Below, in pieces: positions 37,870 through 46,547 of a stretch of DNA of 64,000 nucleotides. Under the pieces are notes generated by a model. The model was not told the origin of the DNA. It saw nothing but the letters and a program-made list of their open reading frames with translations, and made no database searches. Made by a program: the position numbers and the translations under genes. The stretch is from Gemmatimonadales bacterium (GTDB taxonomy: Bacteria > Gemmatimonadota > Gemmatimonadetes > Gemmatimonadales > GWC2-71-9), in the NCBI GenBank assembly GCA_965249575.1, contig OZ252244.1:142612-206611 (forward strand), written 5' to 3'. Positions within the stretch are counted from its first letter, which is position 1, and each line of letters begins with the position of its first letter.

Positions 37870-38889
37870 GTGAACGACCTCCAACCACGCGCCGCGACGG
37901 GCGGCCGTAGCAACCGTGCAACAGGCTTCCGGGCACGCCGTTCCCGGCTTCACGCCGGGGCGGCTGCCCTGGTCCTGCTCGCCGGAGGCACGCTATTCTC
38001 CCCAGAACGGGCACGCGCGCAGAACTCCCCTGAAGAATTGATCCTCGAAGTCAGCAGAGCACGGGACCTCGCGGTGCTCGCCCTCGAGGACCTCGTGGGG
38101 CCCGTCGGACTGATGCTCTTGCGCATCGGCCCTTCGAGCGCCTTTGCTTCGGACCCCCGGGGCCTCGGCCATGGCTCGCTCACGTTCGGAGCGGTGGCCG
38201 GCGCGCTGACGCTCACGAGCCCGGACTATACCGACGCCGATCCCGCCGGAGGAGACCGAATCGACGCCGCTGTCGGCTCAGTCAACACGGACATTACCAT
38301 CGGGCTCGCCTCGGGCCGAGCGATCGGACGCCTGGAAGGGGTCGGTAGTGTAGACGTCCTGCTACGACTCGGGTACACCCTTGGGGACCAAGACGACATC
38401 GCCGATAACGTCGATGTTGGCAGCCTCAAGTCCATCCTTGGAGCCGGACTGCGCATCGGAGTACTCAAGGGTGAAGGACTCCCGGCGGTATCGCTGGCGG
38501 GAGGGTTCAACGTCCTCCGGCGCCGAACGTTCAACGTGCGCGGGACGGCTTCGAACAACGGCGCCACCAAGCCGTTCGTAATCGCCCTCGAGCTCGAGCA
38601 GACAACCGCGTTTGCGATAGCCGAGATCGCAAAGCGACTCGGGTTCGTCACGCCGTTCGCCGCCTTTGGCGTCGCCGGTCACACCTTCGAATCACATTAC
38701 GACTCCGAGGTCGTTTATGACGCGACGTCGAACAGCGTCATCGTGAGCGACGACGTCGAGATCAAGCGTACGTCCGGCATCGCACTCGCTGGACTCGAGT
38801 TCGGCGCCGCTCCCGCTGGCATCGTGCTGGAAGGCGGGACAGCTGGTGGGGAAGCCTTTGGAGCCTTTTATATCCGCTTCCGGCGATGA
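37870..38889 (+). CDS. Hypothetical secreted protein, possibly beta-barrel-like (start uncertain)
   Basis: The frame of track ORF 37663.. has plausible protein composition only after about 37870 (GTG). Signal-like RRSRLHAGAAALVLLAGGTLF...ARAQ. Gly/Ala-rich alternating strands. No family assigned. Confidence 0.5.
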   Translation: MNDLQPRAATGGRSNRATGFRARRSRLHAGAAALVLLAGGTLFSPERARAQNSPEELILEVSRARDLAVLALEDLVGPVGLMLLRIGPSSAFASDPRGLGHGSLTFGAVAGALTLTSPDYTDADPAGGDRIDAAVGSVNTDITIGLASGRAIGRLEGVGSVDVLLRLGYTLGDQDDIADNVDVGSLKSILGAGLRIGVLKGEGLPAVSLAGGFNVLRRRTFNVRGTASNNGATKPFVIALELEQTTAFAIAEIAKRLGFVTPFAAFGVAGHTFESHYDSEVVYDATSNSVIVSDDVEIKRTSGIALAGLEFGAAPAGIVLEGGTAGGEAFGAFYIRFRR

Positions 38890-38902
38890 CGAAGAGCTAA
38901 CA

Positions 38903-39838
38903 ATGTTCGGTCCGACCAACTCCCCAATTCGGCGCGGTGCGCTCTTCGGCCCAATGACCGCGGGCCTGCTCCTCGCGTGCTCCTCCACAACGACTGGGCC
39001 GGGTCAGCGTGACATCGTGCTGACGGCGCGCCTGGTGGCCGGGCAGGCCAGCGTGGTGCCGTGCGCAACCGCACAACAGTTCGTCCAGGACTTTGCGAAC
39101 GTTTCGGCGCGCGTGGATGTCCTGTCCGTGAGCGAAGGCCCGTTCTTCAAGCAGCAGGACCTCGCGGTCCGCCAGGCAGGCGCCCCGGACATCGTCCAGC
39201 TCATTGGTGACGTTAGCTTCCCCGTGCTCTCCGGCCGTGGCCCGTTCCTCGTGAGCGTCGCGCTGGGATACCAGGGCGACGAGGTAGAGGGACAGTTCGC
39301 CGGCTTTCTCCAGCTCGAGTCGGGGATCGGCATCACGATCGAATCGTTGACCATTCCCACACTGATCCCCCAGACCGACGGCACGCTGATGACGACCAAC
39401 GCCGTCCTCTGCGTTTCGTCAGACGCGGTCGAGCAGGGCCGGACGTTCTGCACGACGGACTCCGACATCGACAGCCAGAACCTGATCTACGACCCCGTCG
39501 CGAACCGTTTCACCTACTCCTACCGCCGGCAGAACATCGATTGGCAGGACCAGGGATTCCGCACCGTCGTCTTCGAGCTGGACGGGAAACTGGACCCGGC
39601 GGACATCTACCGCGGCTCCGCACAGATCACAGGCGGGATCGGCCAGCTCGCGGATCTCCAGATCGACGTCCAACCCGTCATCGACGGGGGCCCCGGGGGC
39701 TTGGGCGAAGGTATATCGGGAGACGTGCTCGTCCACTTCGAGGACGGTCGCGGCCCGACCGAGGGGGGAAGCTTCTCCCTGGCTCGGACCCAGCGCCTCG
39801 CGTGCAATCCTTTGGAGATGTTGGCCGCCCGTCGTTAG
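38903..39838 (+). CDS. Hypothetical lipoprotein
   Basis: ATG 38903 lies 14 nt after the previous stop. Lipobox LLLACSS. 311 aa. Confidence 0.55.
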   Translation: MFGPTNSPIRRGALFGPMTAGLLLACSSTTTGPGQRDIVLTARLVAGQASVVPCATAQQFVQDFANVSARVDVLSVSEGPFFKQQDLAVRQAGAPDIVQLIGDVSFPVLSGRGPFLVSVALGYQGDEVEGQFAGFLQLESGIGITIESLTIPTLIPQTDGTLMTTNAVLCVSSDAVEQGRTFCTTDSDIDSQNLIYDPVANRFTYSYRRQNIDWQDQGFRTVVFELDGKLDPADIYRGSAQITGGIGQLADLQIDVQPVIDGGPGGLGEGISGDVLVHFEDGRGPTEGGSFSLARTQRLACNPLEMLAARR

Positions 39839-40026
39839 CGCCGCTGCAGGTCAAAGCCGACCCTACCTGATTACCACGACGGTGCATGCCGCTGCGCGTT
39901 GCGCTGACTCAGCCGCTCGACCGGTCGTCGTGGGCCCTCTGCGTCCGCTCCGAGAACCACGTTCCCCAGCCCAGGAGCGGCCATCGGGACTAGGATCGGG
40001 TTGTTCGCTCGCTGGACGTCACCGCA

Positions 40027-40809
40027 TCAAAACGTGAGCTGCAGGTGCACTCCTCCGTGTCGGCGGCCCGCAAACGGCGTAATACTCAGCCGACCCTCAC
40101 CGCCGCCCGATTCGGACGCGAAACGAGACACCGTCCGGCCGACCACGTACCCCAACACCCCGCCGGCGACGATGTCCGAGAAGAAATGTTCGTTGTCTTC
40201 CACACGGCTCACGGCGATGTACGTGGCCACGAGCGTCGCGGGTATCCCCACTTCGGGACCGAAGTGACGTGTCAAAACCGTTGCCCAGGTGAACGCGGTC
40301 GACGTGTGCCCCGAGGGGAACGAACGGGAATTTGTGCTATCGGGTCGCTGGCGGCCAAAGGAGCGTTTGAAGATTCCCGTGAGGGCGCCGTTGATGACCA
40401 ACCCTTGGGCGAGGTCGAAGGTGACCCGGCGAAAGCGGCCCGCGGGAGCGATCTGCCCGGCCGCGAACAGCCCCAGGGTGCCTCCTGTGACAACGAGCCC
40501 GTGGCCGATCGCATCGCCAAGGTCGCCCACTCCCTCGACGCGATCAGCGAGCGCGCCCTGCACCTCATGGTCGAACGGTCGGGCGGTGAGGGTCAAACCG
40601 GTGCCCGCGAGGAACGGGGCGAGGTTGCCGAGGGAGGCCAGGGCCACGGTACTCGACGCCAGGGCTCCAGGAAACGAAGCAATGATGTGGGGCGCTGCCC
40701 GGACATTTAGTGAATCGAGTGCGGCGCGGCTATCAGGTGATTGAATCTGCTGCGCAGCGCTGAGTGCGGGCGCAACGCAGAGCAGCAGGGACAATGCGAT
40801 CCGGATCAT
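40027..40809 (-). CDS. PAP2-superfamily phosphatase (secreted or membrane-associated)
   Basis: Signal peptide MIRIALSLLLCVAPALSAAQ. PAP2 motifs KRSFGRQRP, SFPSGHTS and SRVEDNEHFFSDIVAG. Confidence 0.8.
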   Translation of the reverse strand: MIRIALSLLLCVAPALSAAQQIQSPDSRAALDSLNVRAAPHIIASFPGALASSTVALASLGNLAPFLAGTGLTLTARPFDHEVQGALADRVEGVGDLGDAIGHGLVVTGGTLGLFAAGQIAPAGRFRRVTFDLAQGLVINGALTGIFKRSFGRQRPDSTNSRSFPSGHTSTAFTWATVLTRHFGPEVGIPATLVATYIAVSRVEDNEHFFSDIVAGGVLGYVVGRTVSRFASESGGGEGRLSITPFAGRRHGGVHLQLTF

Positions 40810-40901
40810 CCCCGGTCCTTTCGACTTTCAGTCCAACCAAGGTGTGCGGTCAGCCCCGCAAGCGCCAGCAAGCACGGCTTCCCCCACCTCGACCTGGCGG
40901 G

Positions 40902-40929
40902 TTGACCCAAACTCGTAACCTAGTTTAAT
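40902..40929 (+). promoter_or_regulatory. Candidate sigma70-type promoter of tRNA-Ser(GGA)
   Basis: TTGACC (40902-40907), 16-nt spacer, TTTAAT (40924-40929). The tRNA starts 22 nt downstream. Confidence 0.45.
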
Positions 40930-40951
40930 TCAATCGCTTAGGCCAATACAA

Positions 40952-41038
40952 GGACAGGTGGCCGAGTGGCTGAAGGCACGCGCCTGGAGAGCGCGTGAGC
41001 GGGGAACCGTTCCGTGGGTTCGAATCCCACCCTGTCCG
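40952..41038 (+). tRNA. tRNA-Ser (anticodon GGA)
   Basis: Folded by hand. Acceptor GGACAGG/CCTGTCC, anticodon stem CGCGC/GCGCG with loop CTGGAGA, long variable arm, and T arm GTGGG-TTCGAAT-CCCAC. Confidence 0.95.
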
Positions 41039-41039
41039 T

Positions 41040-41072
41040 GAGGGTAGTAAATAGTGAGTAGCGGGTGGCGAA
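41040..41072 (+). repeat. Left copy of a 33-nt imperfect direct repeat (GAGGGTAGTAAATAGTGAGTAGCGGGTGGCGAA)
   Basis: Manual alignment with 43529-43561 gives 28/33 identical, and the last 16 nt are identical. It begins 2 nt after the tRNA-Ser 3' end and has stop codons in all three forward frames. Confidence 0.6.
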
Positions 41073-41205
41073 GTTGGTAGTCGTTAGACGGTGCGATGGA
41101 GCTGGGGGAGTCGTGTAGGTCCGGACGCGTTGGCACCGCCGGGCGCGTTCCGCCCCAGGGGGCGTCAGCTCTTGGAACAGTGAACTCGGAAAGGATCAGC
41201 GTTTT

Positions 41206-42519
41206 TTGAATACAGGAACCGTGGCTCTGTGTACCATTGCCGTCCTGACCGCGGCCGTCGTTGGTCCGGCCGCGGCACAACTCGACCGCATTCCTCCAGA
41301 GGTCCCTCTCCAGGGCGAGAATGGTCTCTACGTGGCAGAGCGCGACGACACCGTGCGGGTCCATTGGATCACGCAATACCCCGAGGCGGGACTGCTGGAG
41401 GTGTGGGTCTCGGATTCCCTGGTCCAATCGGCCATGACGGATTCTGGGCGGGCGCATTCGACCGCCATCACCAACCGAGCCGCGGCGGAGCTTCTGCTGC
41501 GGTACGGCGGTAAGCGCCACACGACCGACCGACACAACACCGTCCTTTCGCTCGAACCGCGGCCCAAACGGGCCGAGTCCGTCGTCAAGCGGGCAGACTC
41601 CATTTACGTGCTCGGCGACGTCCACGGCCAGTTCGAATCGCTCGTCACCCTCCTCGAGAACGCCAAAGTCATCGACGGCGATCACCGGTGGACGGGGGGG
41701 AAGGCACATGTGGTCTTCCTCGGTGATCTGTTCGACCGCGGTAACGATGTCGTCCGGACATTGTGGTTCATCTACCGCCTCGAGCGCGAGGCTCGCAAGC
41801 AAGGCGGCGCCATTCACGTCGTACTCGGCAATCACGAGATCATGACGTTTCTGTATGACCACCGGTACGTGGCGCCGAAGGAAGAGCTCGTGGCCCTATT
41901 CCATGGCACCCGCTACGGCACGATGTTCAATGTCGAAGAGTCGGTGCTGGGGCGGTGGCTTGCCTCCAAGCCCGGAATCCTGAAGATCGAGGACATCGTC
42001 TTTGCGCACGGTGGTGTCACCCCGACGTACGCACACTTCGACGTCGAGGAATACAACGACTCCTTATATCGATATCTGTACGACCCCATGTTCCTCGATC
42101 TGCTCAGCGAAGATCCAGCCGTTGTTGCGCGATACGACTCGCTTCAGTTTCTGCAGCGGCTCGCTTTTTTCTTCTATGACGGAACTCCATTCTGGTATCG
42201 CGGTTATGTCCAGGGCCAGCAGAGCGATACTATGGACATGGCAAAGAGCGAGACCGTCGTCATGCAGGCGCGCGAGCACGACACGCTCCGGCTACAGCTC
42301 GACTACGTGCTCGACCGGTATGACGCCCGGCTGCATGTGGTCGCCCACACGCCGGTCGAATCGGTGGCGCCCCGTTTCGGAGGCAAGCTCGTCGCCGTCG
42401 ATCTGCTCAAACCCGCGACGGAAATGCTCCTGCTGGTTCGCGACAGGAAAAAGCGACGGCGCTATCGGATCGATTCGGATGGCAACGTCACTGAATTGAA
42501 AGCCGAGCGGATTTCCTAA
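41206..42519 (+). CDS. Secreted PPP-family metallophosphoesterase (Ser/Thr-phosphatase / Shelph-like)
   Basis: Signal peptide VALCTIAVLTAAVVGPAAAQ. Motifs VLGDVHG, FLGDLFDRGND, LGNHE, AHGG and VVAHTP. TTG 41206 or GTG 41221 start. TAATG coupling to the next gene. Confidence 0.8.
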   Translation: MNTGTVALCTIAVLTAAVVGPAAAQLDRIPPEVPLQGENGLYVAERDDTVRVHWITQYPEAGLLEVWVSDSLVQSAMTDSGRAHSTAITNRAAAELLLRYGGKRHTTDRHNTVLSLEPRPKRAESVVKRADSIYVLGDVHGQFESLVTLLENAKVIDGDHRWTGGKAHVVFLGDLFDRGNDVVRTLWFIYRLEREARKQGGAIHVVLGNHEIMTFLYDHRYVAPKEELVALFHGTRYGTMFNVEESVLGRWLASKPGILKIEDIVFAHGGVTPTYAHFDVEEYNDSLYRYLYDPMFLDLLSEDPAVVARYDSLQFLQRLAFFFYDGTPFWYRGYVQGQQSDTMDMAKSETVVMQAREHDTLRLQLDYVLDRYDARLHVVAHTPVESVAPRFGGKLVAVDLLKPATEMLLLVRDRKKRRRYRIDSDGNVTELKAERIS

Positions 42520-43550
42520 TGGCCACGCGCGTAGCGGAGCCGCCAAGACTCACCGAGATCTCGTTGGTCGTCATCGCCGCCGTCGCGATCGCGGCAGCCA
42601 TCGCATACACCCGCCCGGTCATGGTTCCCTTCGTCCTGGCGGTGTTCATCGCCTACGCGGTTTCGCCCCTCGTGGACCTCGCCCAGGACCGGTTTCGGAT
42701 TCCGAGGGCCGTGTCGATCGTATTTGCCCTGGCCGTGGCCATCGGTCTCCTCACCCTCCTGGTGCTACTGATCAGCACGTCCACGGAGCGCATCCTCGCG
42801 TCCGCGAATATCTACCGAGACCGACTCGCGTCAATCGCGCAGAAGGTCTTCGCGGTACTCGACCGGTTGGGTATCGATTTGGGCCAGCAGCCGCTGCTAC
42901 GGGGCCTGGAGGAGCTTCCCCTCGCAAGCATGGTCCGGGGCACGGCGGGAACCGTCGTCGGCCTGCTGACGACCGGAGGCCTCGTCGCGATTTTTGTCGT
43001 GTACCTCTTGGCCGGGAGGCGGCCGGCCGAGCTGCGGACGGGCTTCTATGCCGAGATCGACGCCAAGGTCCAGCGATACATCGTGACCAAGGTCGCCGTG
43101 TCGGCAACGACGGGAATGCTGGTTGGCCTCATCTTGTGGTTATTCGGGCTAGAACTGGCCCTGGTGTTCGGCGTCGCCGCCTTCTTGCTGAACTTCATTC
43201 CATCAGTCGGATCGATAGTCGCCACGCTCCTGCCGCTTCCGATAGCATTGATCCAATACGAATCCATCTGGCCGATTATCGGCGTGCTGGCACTCCCGGG
43301 CGCCGTGCAAATCACCATCGGCAACGGCGTCGAACCGATTCTCTTGGGCGAAAGCCTGGACCTGCACCCGGTGGTGGTGCTGCTCGCCCTCATTTTCTGG
43401 GGGATGCTCTGGGGAGTCGTCGGCATGCTGCTGGCCGCGCCGATCACCGCCATACTTCGCATCGTGCTGGCCCGCATCGAAACCACGCGGCCGGTAGCAG
43501 AGATCTTGGCCGGGAGACTTCCGGCGGGGAGGGTAACGAGTAGTCAGTAG
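42519..43550 (+). CDS. AI-2E family transporter (PerM/UPF0118)
   Basis: 343 aa with about 8 TM segments. FLLNFIPSVGSIVA and LLGESLDLHPVVVLLALIFWGMLWGVVGMLLAAPI are typical AI-2E blocks. Confidence 0.85.
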   Translation: MATRVAEPPRLTEISLVVIAAVAIAAAIAYTRPVMVPFVLAVFIAYAVSPLVDLAQDRFRIPRAVSIVFALAVAIGLLTLLVLLISTSTERILASANIYRDRLASIAQKVFAVLDRLGIDLGQQPLLRGLEELPLASMVRGTAGTVVGLLTTGGLVAIFVVYLLAGRRPAELRTGFYAEIDAKVQRYIVTKVAVSATTGMLVGLILWLFGLELALVFGVAAFLLNFIPSVGSIVATLLPLPIALIQYESIWPIIGVLALPGAVQITIGNGVEPILLGESLDLHPVVVLLALIFWGMLWGVVGMLLAAPITAILRIVLARIETTRPVAEILAGRLPAGRVTSSQ

Positions 43551-43561
43551 CGGGTGGCGAA
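43529..43561 (+). repeat. Right copy of the 33-nt imperfect direct repeat (GAGGGTAACGAGTAGTCAGTAGCGGGTGGCGAA)
   Basis: Covers the last 7 codons plus the stop of the AI-2E gene and the 11 nt beyond. In the same register the left copy reads RVVNSE-stop against RVTSSQ-stop here. Confidence 0.6.
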
Positions 43562-43571
43562 CAGAAGTGCT

Positions 43572-44111
43572 CTAGGTTCCCGTCTGCACCCATTGCGCGG
43601 CGTGTTGAACGAGTTGAGCCGCGCTGCCCAACTGCATCTTCTTCTTGATGTGCTCCCGATGAGATTCAATAGTCTTCACGCTGAGCGTGAGCTCGGAGGC
43701 AATCCCCCGTGTGGTGCGGCCAAGTCCTATGAGCCGGAAGACCTCGAGCTCGCGATCGCTCAGCGTGTCCACCGGTGATTGCGGAGCCTCATCTGCGCCA
43801 TCCACGACGCGGCGTAGCAGTCGTGACTGTATTCTGGGGCTCACGTACAGCTCCCCACTCATGACCCGGCGAATGGCCGTCAGGACGTTCTGCGACGCCT
43901 CCTGTTTCATGATGTAGCCGTGGGCTCCCGCTCGCAGCGCCCGCTCCGCGTAGACGTCTTCGCTGTGCATCGAGAGCACGAGCATCGGTAGGTCCGCCCA
44001 CCGGGCTTTCACTCGCTTGATTAGCTCGAGGCCGTCGGCTCCCTCCAACGCGATATCCACGATTAACACGCCGGGGGACGCGTCCTCGAGTGCCCGCATT
44101 GCCTCCTCCAC
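43572..44111 (-). CDS. NarL/FixJ-type (LuxR HTH) response regulator, N-terminally truncated receiver
   Basis: HTH block LSDRELEVFRLIGLGRTTRGIASELTLSVKTIESHR. The receiver retains the acceptor region VLIVDIALEGADG, LSMH and YIMK. It lacks beta1/alpha1 with the acidic DD pair. Receiver-homologous sequence (REGLAQLIGQSTDLSVSGEAG) continues upstream without any start codon, into the 3' end of the kinase ORF. Confidence 0.75.
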   Translation of the reverse strand: MEEAMRALEDASPGVLIVDIALEGADGLELIKRVKARWADLPMLVLSMHSEDVYAERALRAGAHGYIMKQEASQNVLTAIRRVMSGELYVSPRIQSRLLRRVVDGADEAPQSPVDTLSDRELEVFRLIGLGRTTRGIASELTLSVKTIESHREHIKKKMQLGSAAQLVQHAAQWVQTGT

Positions 44112-44121
44112 CGTACCAGCC

Positions 44122-45840
44122 TCACCTGAAACGGAAAGGTCGGTACTCTGGCCAATGAGCTGCGCGAGCCCCTCCCGCCGCGGCGCCCTCGATCACGACG
44201 CGGGTCGGGCGCGCGTGCTTTACGGCGTTGGTTACAGCCTCGCTGACGATATGGTAGAGGTGGTGGGCGACCCCCACATCGGTTACGGCAACGGCCTGGC
44301 TCACCTGGCAGGCACACGAAATACCAAACATCCCCTCGGTGTGGGCCGCGAGTTCCCCGAGGGCCTCGGCCAGGCTGCCGGTGTCGAGCGCCAGGAGATG
44401 CAGTCCCCGCGCCAAACTGCGCACGTCGGAGATCGCCCCGTCGATGAGGTCAGCGATTCTCAAGACATCTTTTCCGGACTGCGAGCCGACATCCAGTCTC
44501 TCAGCCAGCGCCCGCGAAAAAAAGGCGATTCCAGTCAACCGCTGTCCCAGCCCGTCATGAAGATCTTGACCGATCCGACGTTGCTCGCGGACGCCCGCGC
44601 TCAGAATCTCCCGCTCCAGGCGTCGGCGCCATGTTACGTCCCGCGCGATCCCGTGGTAACCAATCACCTCGCCGTTCTTCGAGCGCCACAACGTCGACGT
44701 GATGACGCAGTCGATCTCCACACCGTCCCGGCGACGAAGCTTCACGTCATAGTCCCGCACAGCTCCCTGCCGCATCATGATTTCTTGCAATCGTTCTCGA
44801 TCTCGCGGGTCGACGTAGGAGTCTCTGACGTTCAGACGAAGCATCTCTTCGCGCGTGTAGCCAAGTAGGTCCAACGTCGCATCGTTGCAGTCCATCACCT
44901 GCCCGCCTGGGGTGGTGACGTAGACCGCGTCCTGTGATCCCTCAAAGAGGCTTCGGTAGCGCTGCTCACTCTGCCGCAGGGCTTCCTGGGCCAACCTGCG
45001 CCCGGTGATGTCTCGCGCAATCCCTACGACCCTTGCGTCCCCGCTCCCATCCTCGACGGTGAGCCCGCTCTCATGCATCCACCCAATGGATCCGTCGGGC
45101 CGAACGACCCGATACTCCTCGTCGAACCCAACCGAGTTCCGAGCCCGCTCATAAGCCTGGTGCATTCGCGGCGAATCGTCCGGATGAACGGTGTGGGCCC
45201 ACGTCGCGTCGGTCTCTCCGTTTCCCCCCTGAGTGCCCGTAGGCTCGGAGGGCGGGGAGCTCTGGTAGGCACGCCGTCGACCCTCCGCATCCATCACCCA
45301 GAACACGGCATCAACGTTTTCTGCGAGCCGCCGGAGGCACCGCTCGTTGTCCCTGAGCGCCGCTTCCGCCTCGTGCCGGAATGTTGTGTCCCGCACGAGG
45401 GCCGTAACCTCGTCGGGGCCGCTCGCCACAATCCGAGCCTCGCGGTACCGCGTCCCCTTCGGCGTGAGGAGTCGATACTCCACTGTCTGCGGAGCGCCCG
45501 TCTGCAGCGCCTTCTCGTTCGCGACTTCCAGCCGCTCAACGACGTCGGAGGGCAGTATGTCCCGGATGTTCCGACCGACGATTTGATTCGTTGGGATGAT
45601 CCCCGGAAACTCGATTGCTCGATTTGCGGCGAGGTAGGTTCCGTCCCCCGTACACCGCACGACGAGGTCCGGCACTATCGAGAGGGCACTCTGGTATCGG
45701 CGATCCGCCGCCTGCAGTGACCGCTGCAGATCATCACGTGCGACCGCCACTCGCTCTAGCTCCTTCACGCGTCGACGCAACCGAGCCACCTCCTGGTGGA
45801 GTCGCTCGTGGGCGGCATAAGACGCTCGTTGGGGAATCAC
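44122..45840 (-). CDS. Multi-PAS sensor histidine kinase (HisKA_3 type), C-terminally truncated within HATPase_c
   Basis: Coiled coil plus about three PAS-like modules. H-box RIGQDLHDGLGQRL and N-box SEAVTNAVKHA are present. The ORF then ends 26 codons later with no DxGxG or GxGxG ATP-lid motifs. Start is provisional at GTG 45840. The track start at 46275 overlaps tadA. Confidence 0.75.
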   Translation of the reverse strand: MIPQRASYAAHERLHQEVARLRRRVKELERVAVARDDLQRSLQAADRRYQSALSIVPDLVVRCTGDGTYLAANRAIEFPGIIPTNQIVGRNIRDILPSDVVERLEVANEKALQTGAPQTVEYRLLTPKGTRYREARIVASGPDEVTALVRDTTFRHEAEAALRDNERCLRRLAENVDAVFWVMDAEGRRRAYQSSPPSEPTGTQGGNGETDATWAHTVHPDDSPRMHQAYERARNSVGFDEEYRVVRPDGSIGWMHESGLTVEDGSGDARVVGIARDITGRRLAQEALRQSEQRYRSLFEGSQDAVYVTTPGGQVMDCNDATLDLLGYTREEMLRLNVRDSYVDPRDRERLQEIMMRQGAVRDYDVKLRRRDGVEIDCVITSTLWRSKNGEVIGYHGIARDVTWRRRLEREILSAGVREQRRIGQDLHDGLGQRLTGIAFFSRALAERLDVGSQSGKDVLRIADLIDGAISDVRSLARGLHLLALDTGSLAEALGELAAHTEGMFGISCACQVSQAVAVTDVGVAHHLYHIVSEAVTNAVKHARPTRVVIEGAAAGGARAAHWPEYRPFRFR

Positions 45841-46043
45841 GGGGCGTTTCCACTGCGCGCGCGGGCGATGTGGCGCATGGACGGCTGTTGGATCGGGATC
45901 GCGCCGTCCCCGTGCACCGGTGCCAGAACTGGGCGTCCCTTGTCCAAGAGTCCCTGGTCTCTGTCGGTGACTCGACAAACCTAGGACATGGGACGGACGG
46001 CCGCTAGCGAGTTGTTCGGCGGTCCCGAGCGAGGGGTGTTCGC

Positions 46044-46547
46044 CTACGGCGTGGGATCGTTGCCCCGCCGTCCACGTTTCGGCTCGAAGAACTCCCGCAG
46101 CAGCTCCGCGCACTCTTGCTCCATCACCCCACCCCGCACTTCCGGCGAGTGATTGAGCACCGGATGGCGCAGAAGGTCCCCGACGCTTCCTCCCATGCCG
46201 GTCTTGGGTTCGTACGCGCCGAACACGACCCGGCCGACGCGGGCGAGAACGGCTGCACCGGCACACTGCGCACACGGTTCGACCGTCACGTAGAGAATGC
46301 CGTCCGTCAGCCGGTCGACACCGAGCGTTTTGAGCGCCGACCGTATCGCGGTCAGCTCGGCATGCCGGGTCAGGTCACGCTCCGCCACGGTCTCGTTGTG
46401 TGCGGTGGCGACGACCTGATCGCCAACCACTACGGCGGCTCCGATTGGTACTTCGCCGGTTGCCGCGCCGCACCGCGCCGCCTGGATGGCTGCCCGCATC
46501 CCCAGCTGGTCGACAGCGGTCGGCTTGGGACCCCTAGGCGCCGACAC
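46044..46547 (-). CDS. tadA: tRNA adenosine(34) deaminase
   Basis: HAELTAIR and PCAQCAGA zinc-binding motifs of the CDA fold. GTG 46547 overlaps the clpB end, and ATG 46499 is an alternative start. Confidence 0.9.
   Translation of the reverse strand: MSAPRGPKPTAVDQLGMRAAIQAARCGAATGEVPIGAAVVVGDQVVATAHNETVAERDLTRHAELTAIRSALKTLGVDRLTDGILYVTVEPCAQCAGAAVLARVGRVVFGAYEPKTGMGGSVGDLLRHPVLNHSPEVRGGVMEQECAELLREFFEPKRGRRGNDPTP

Noticed and set aside
40930-41862. 310-aa minus-strand ORF
   Set aside because: It runs straight through tRNA-Ser(GGA) and is antisense to the phosphatase gene, so it is not credible.
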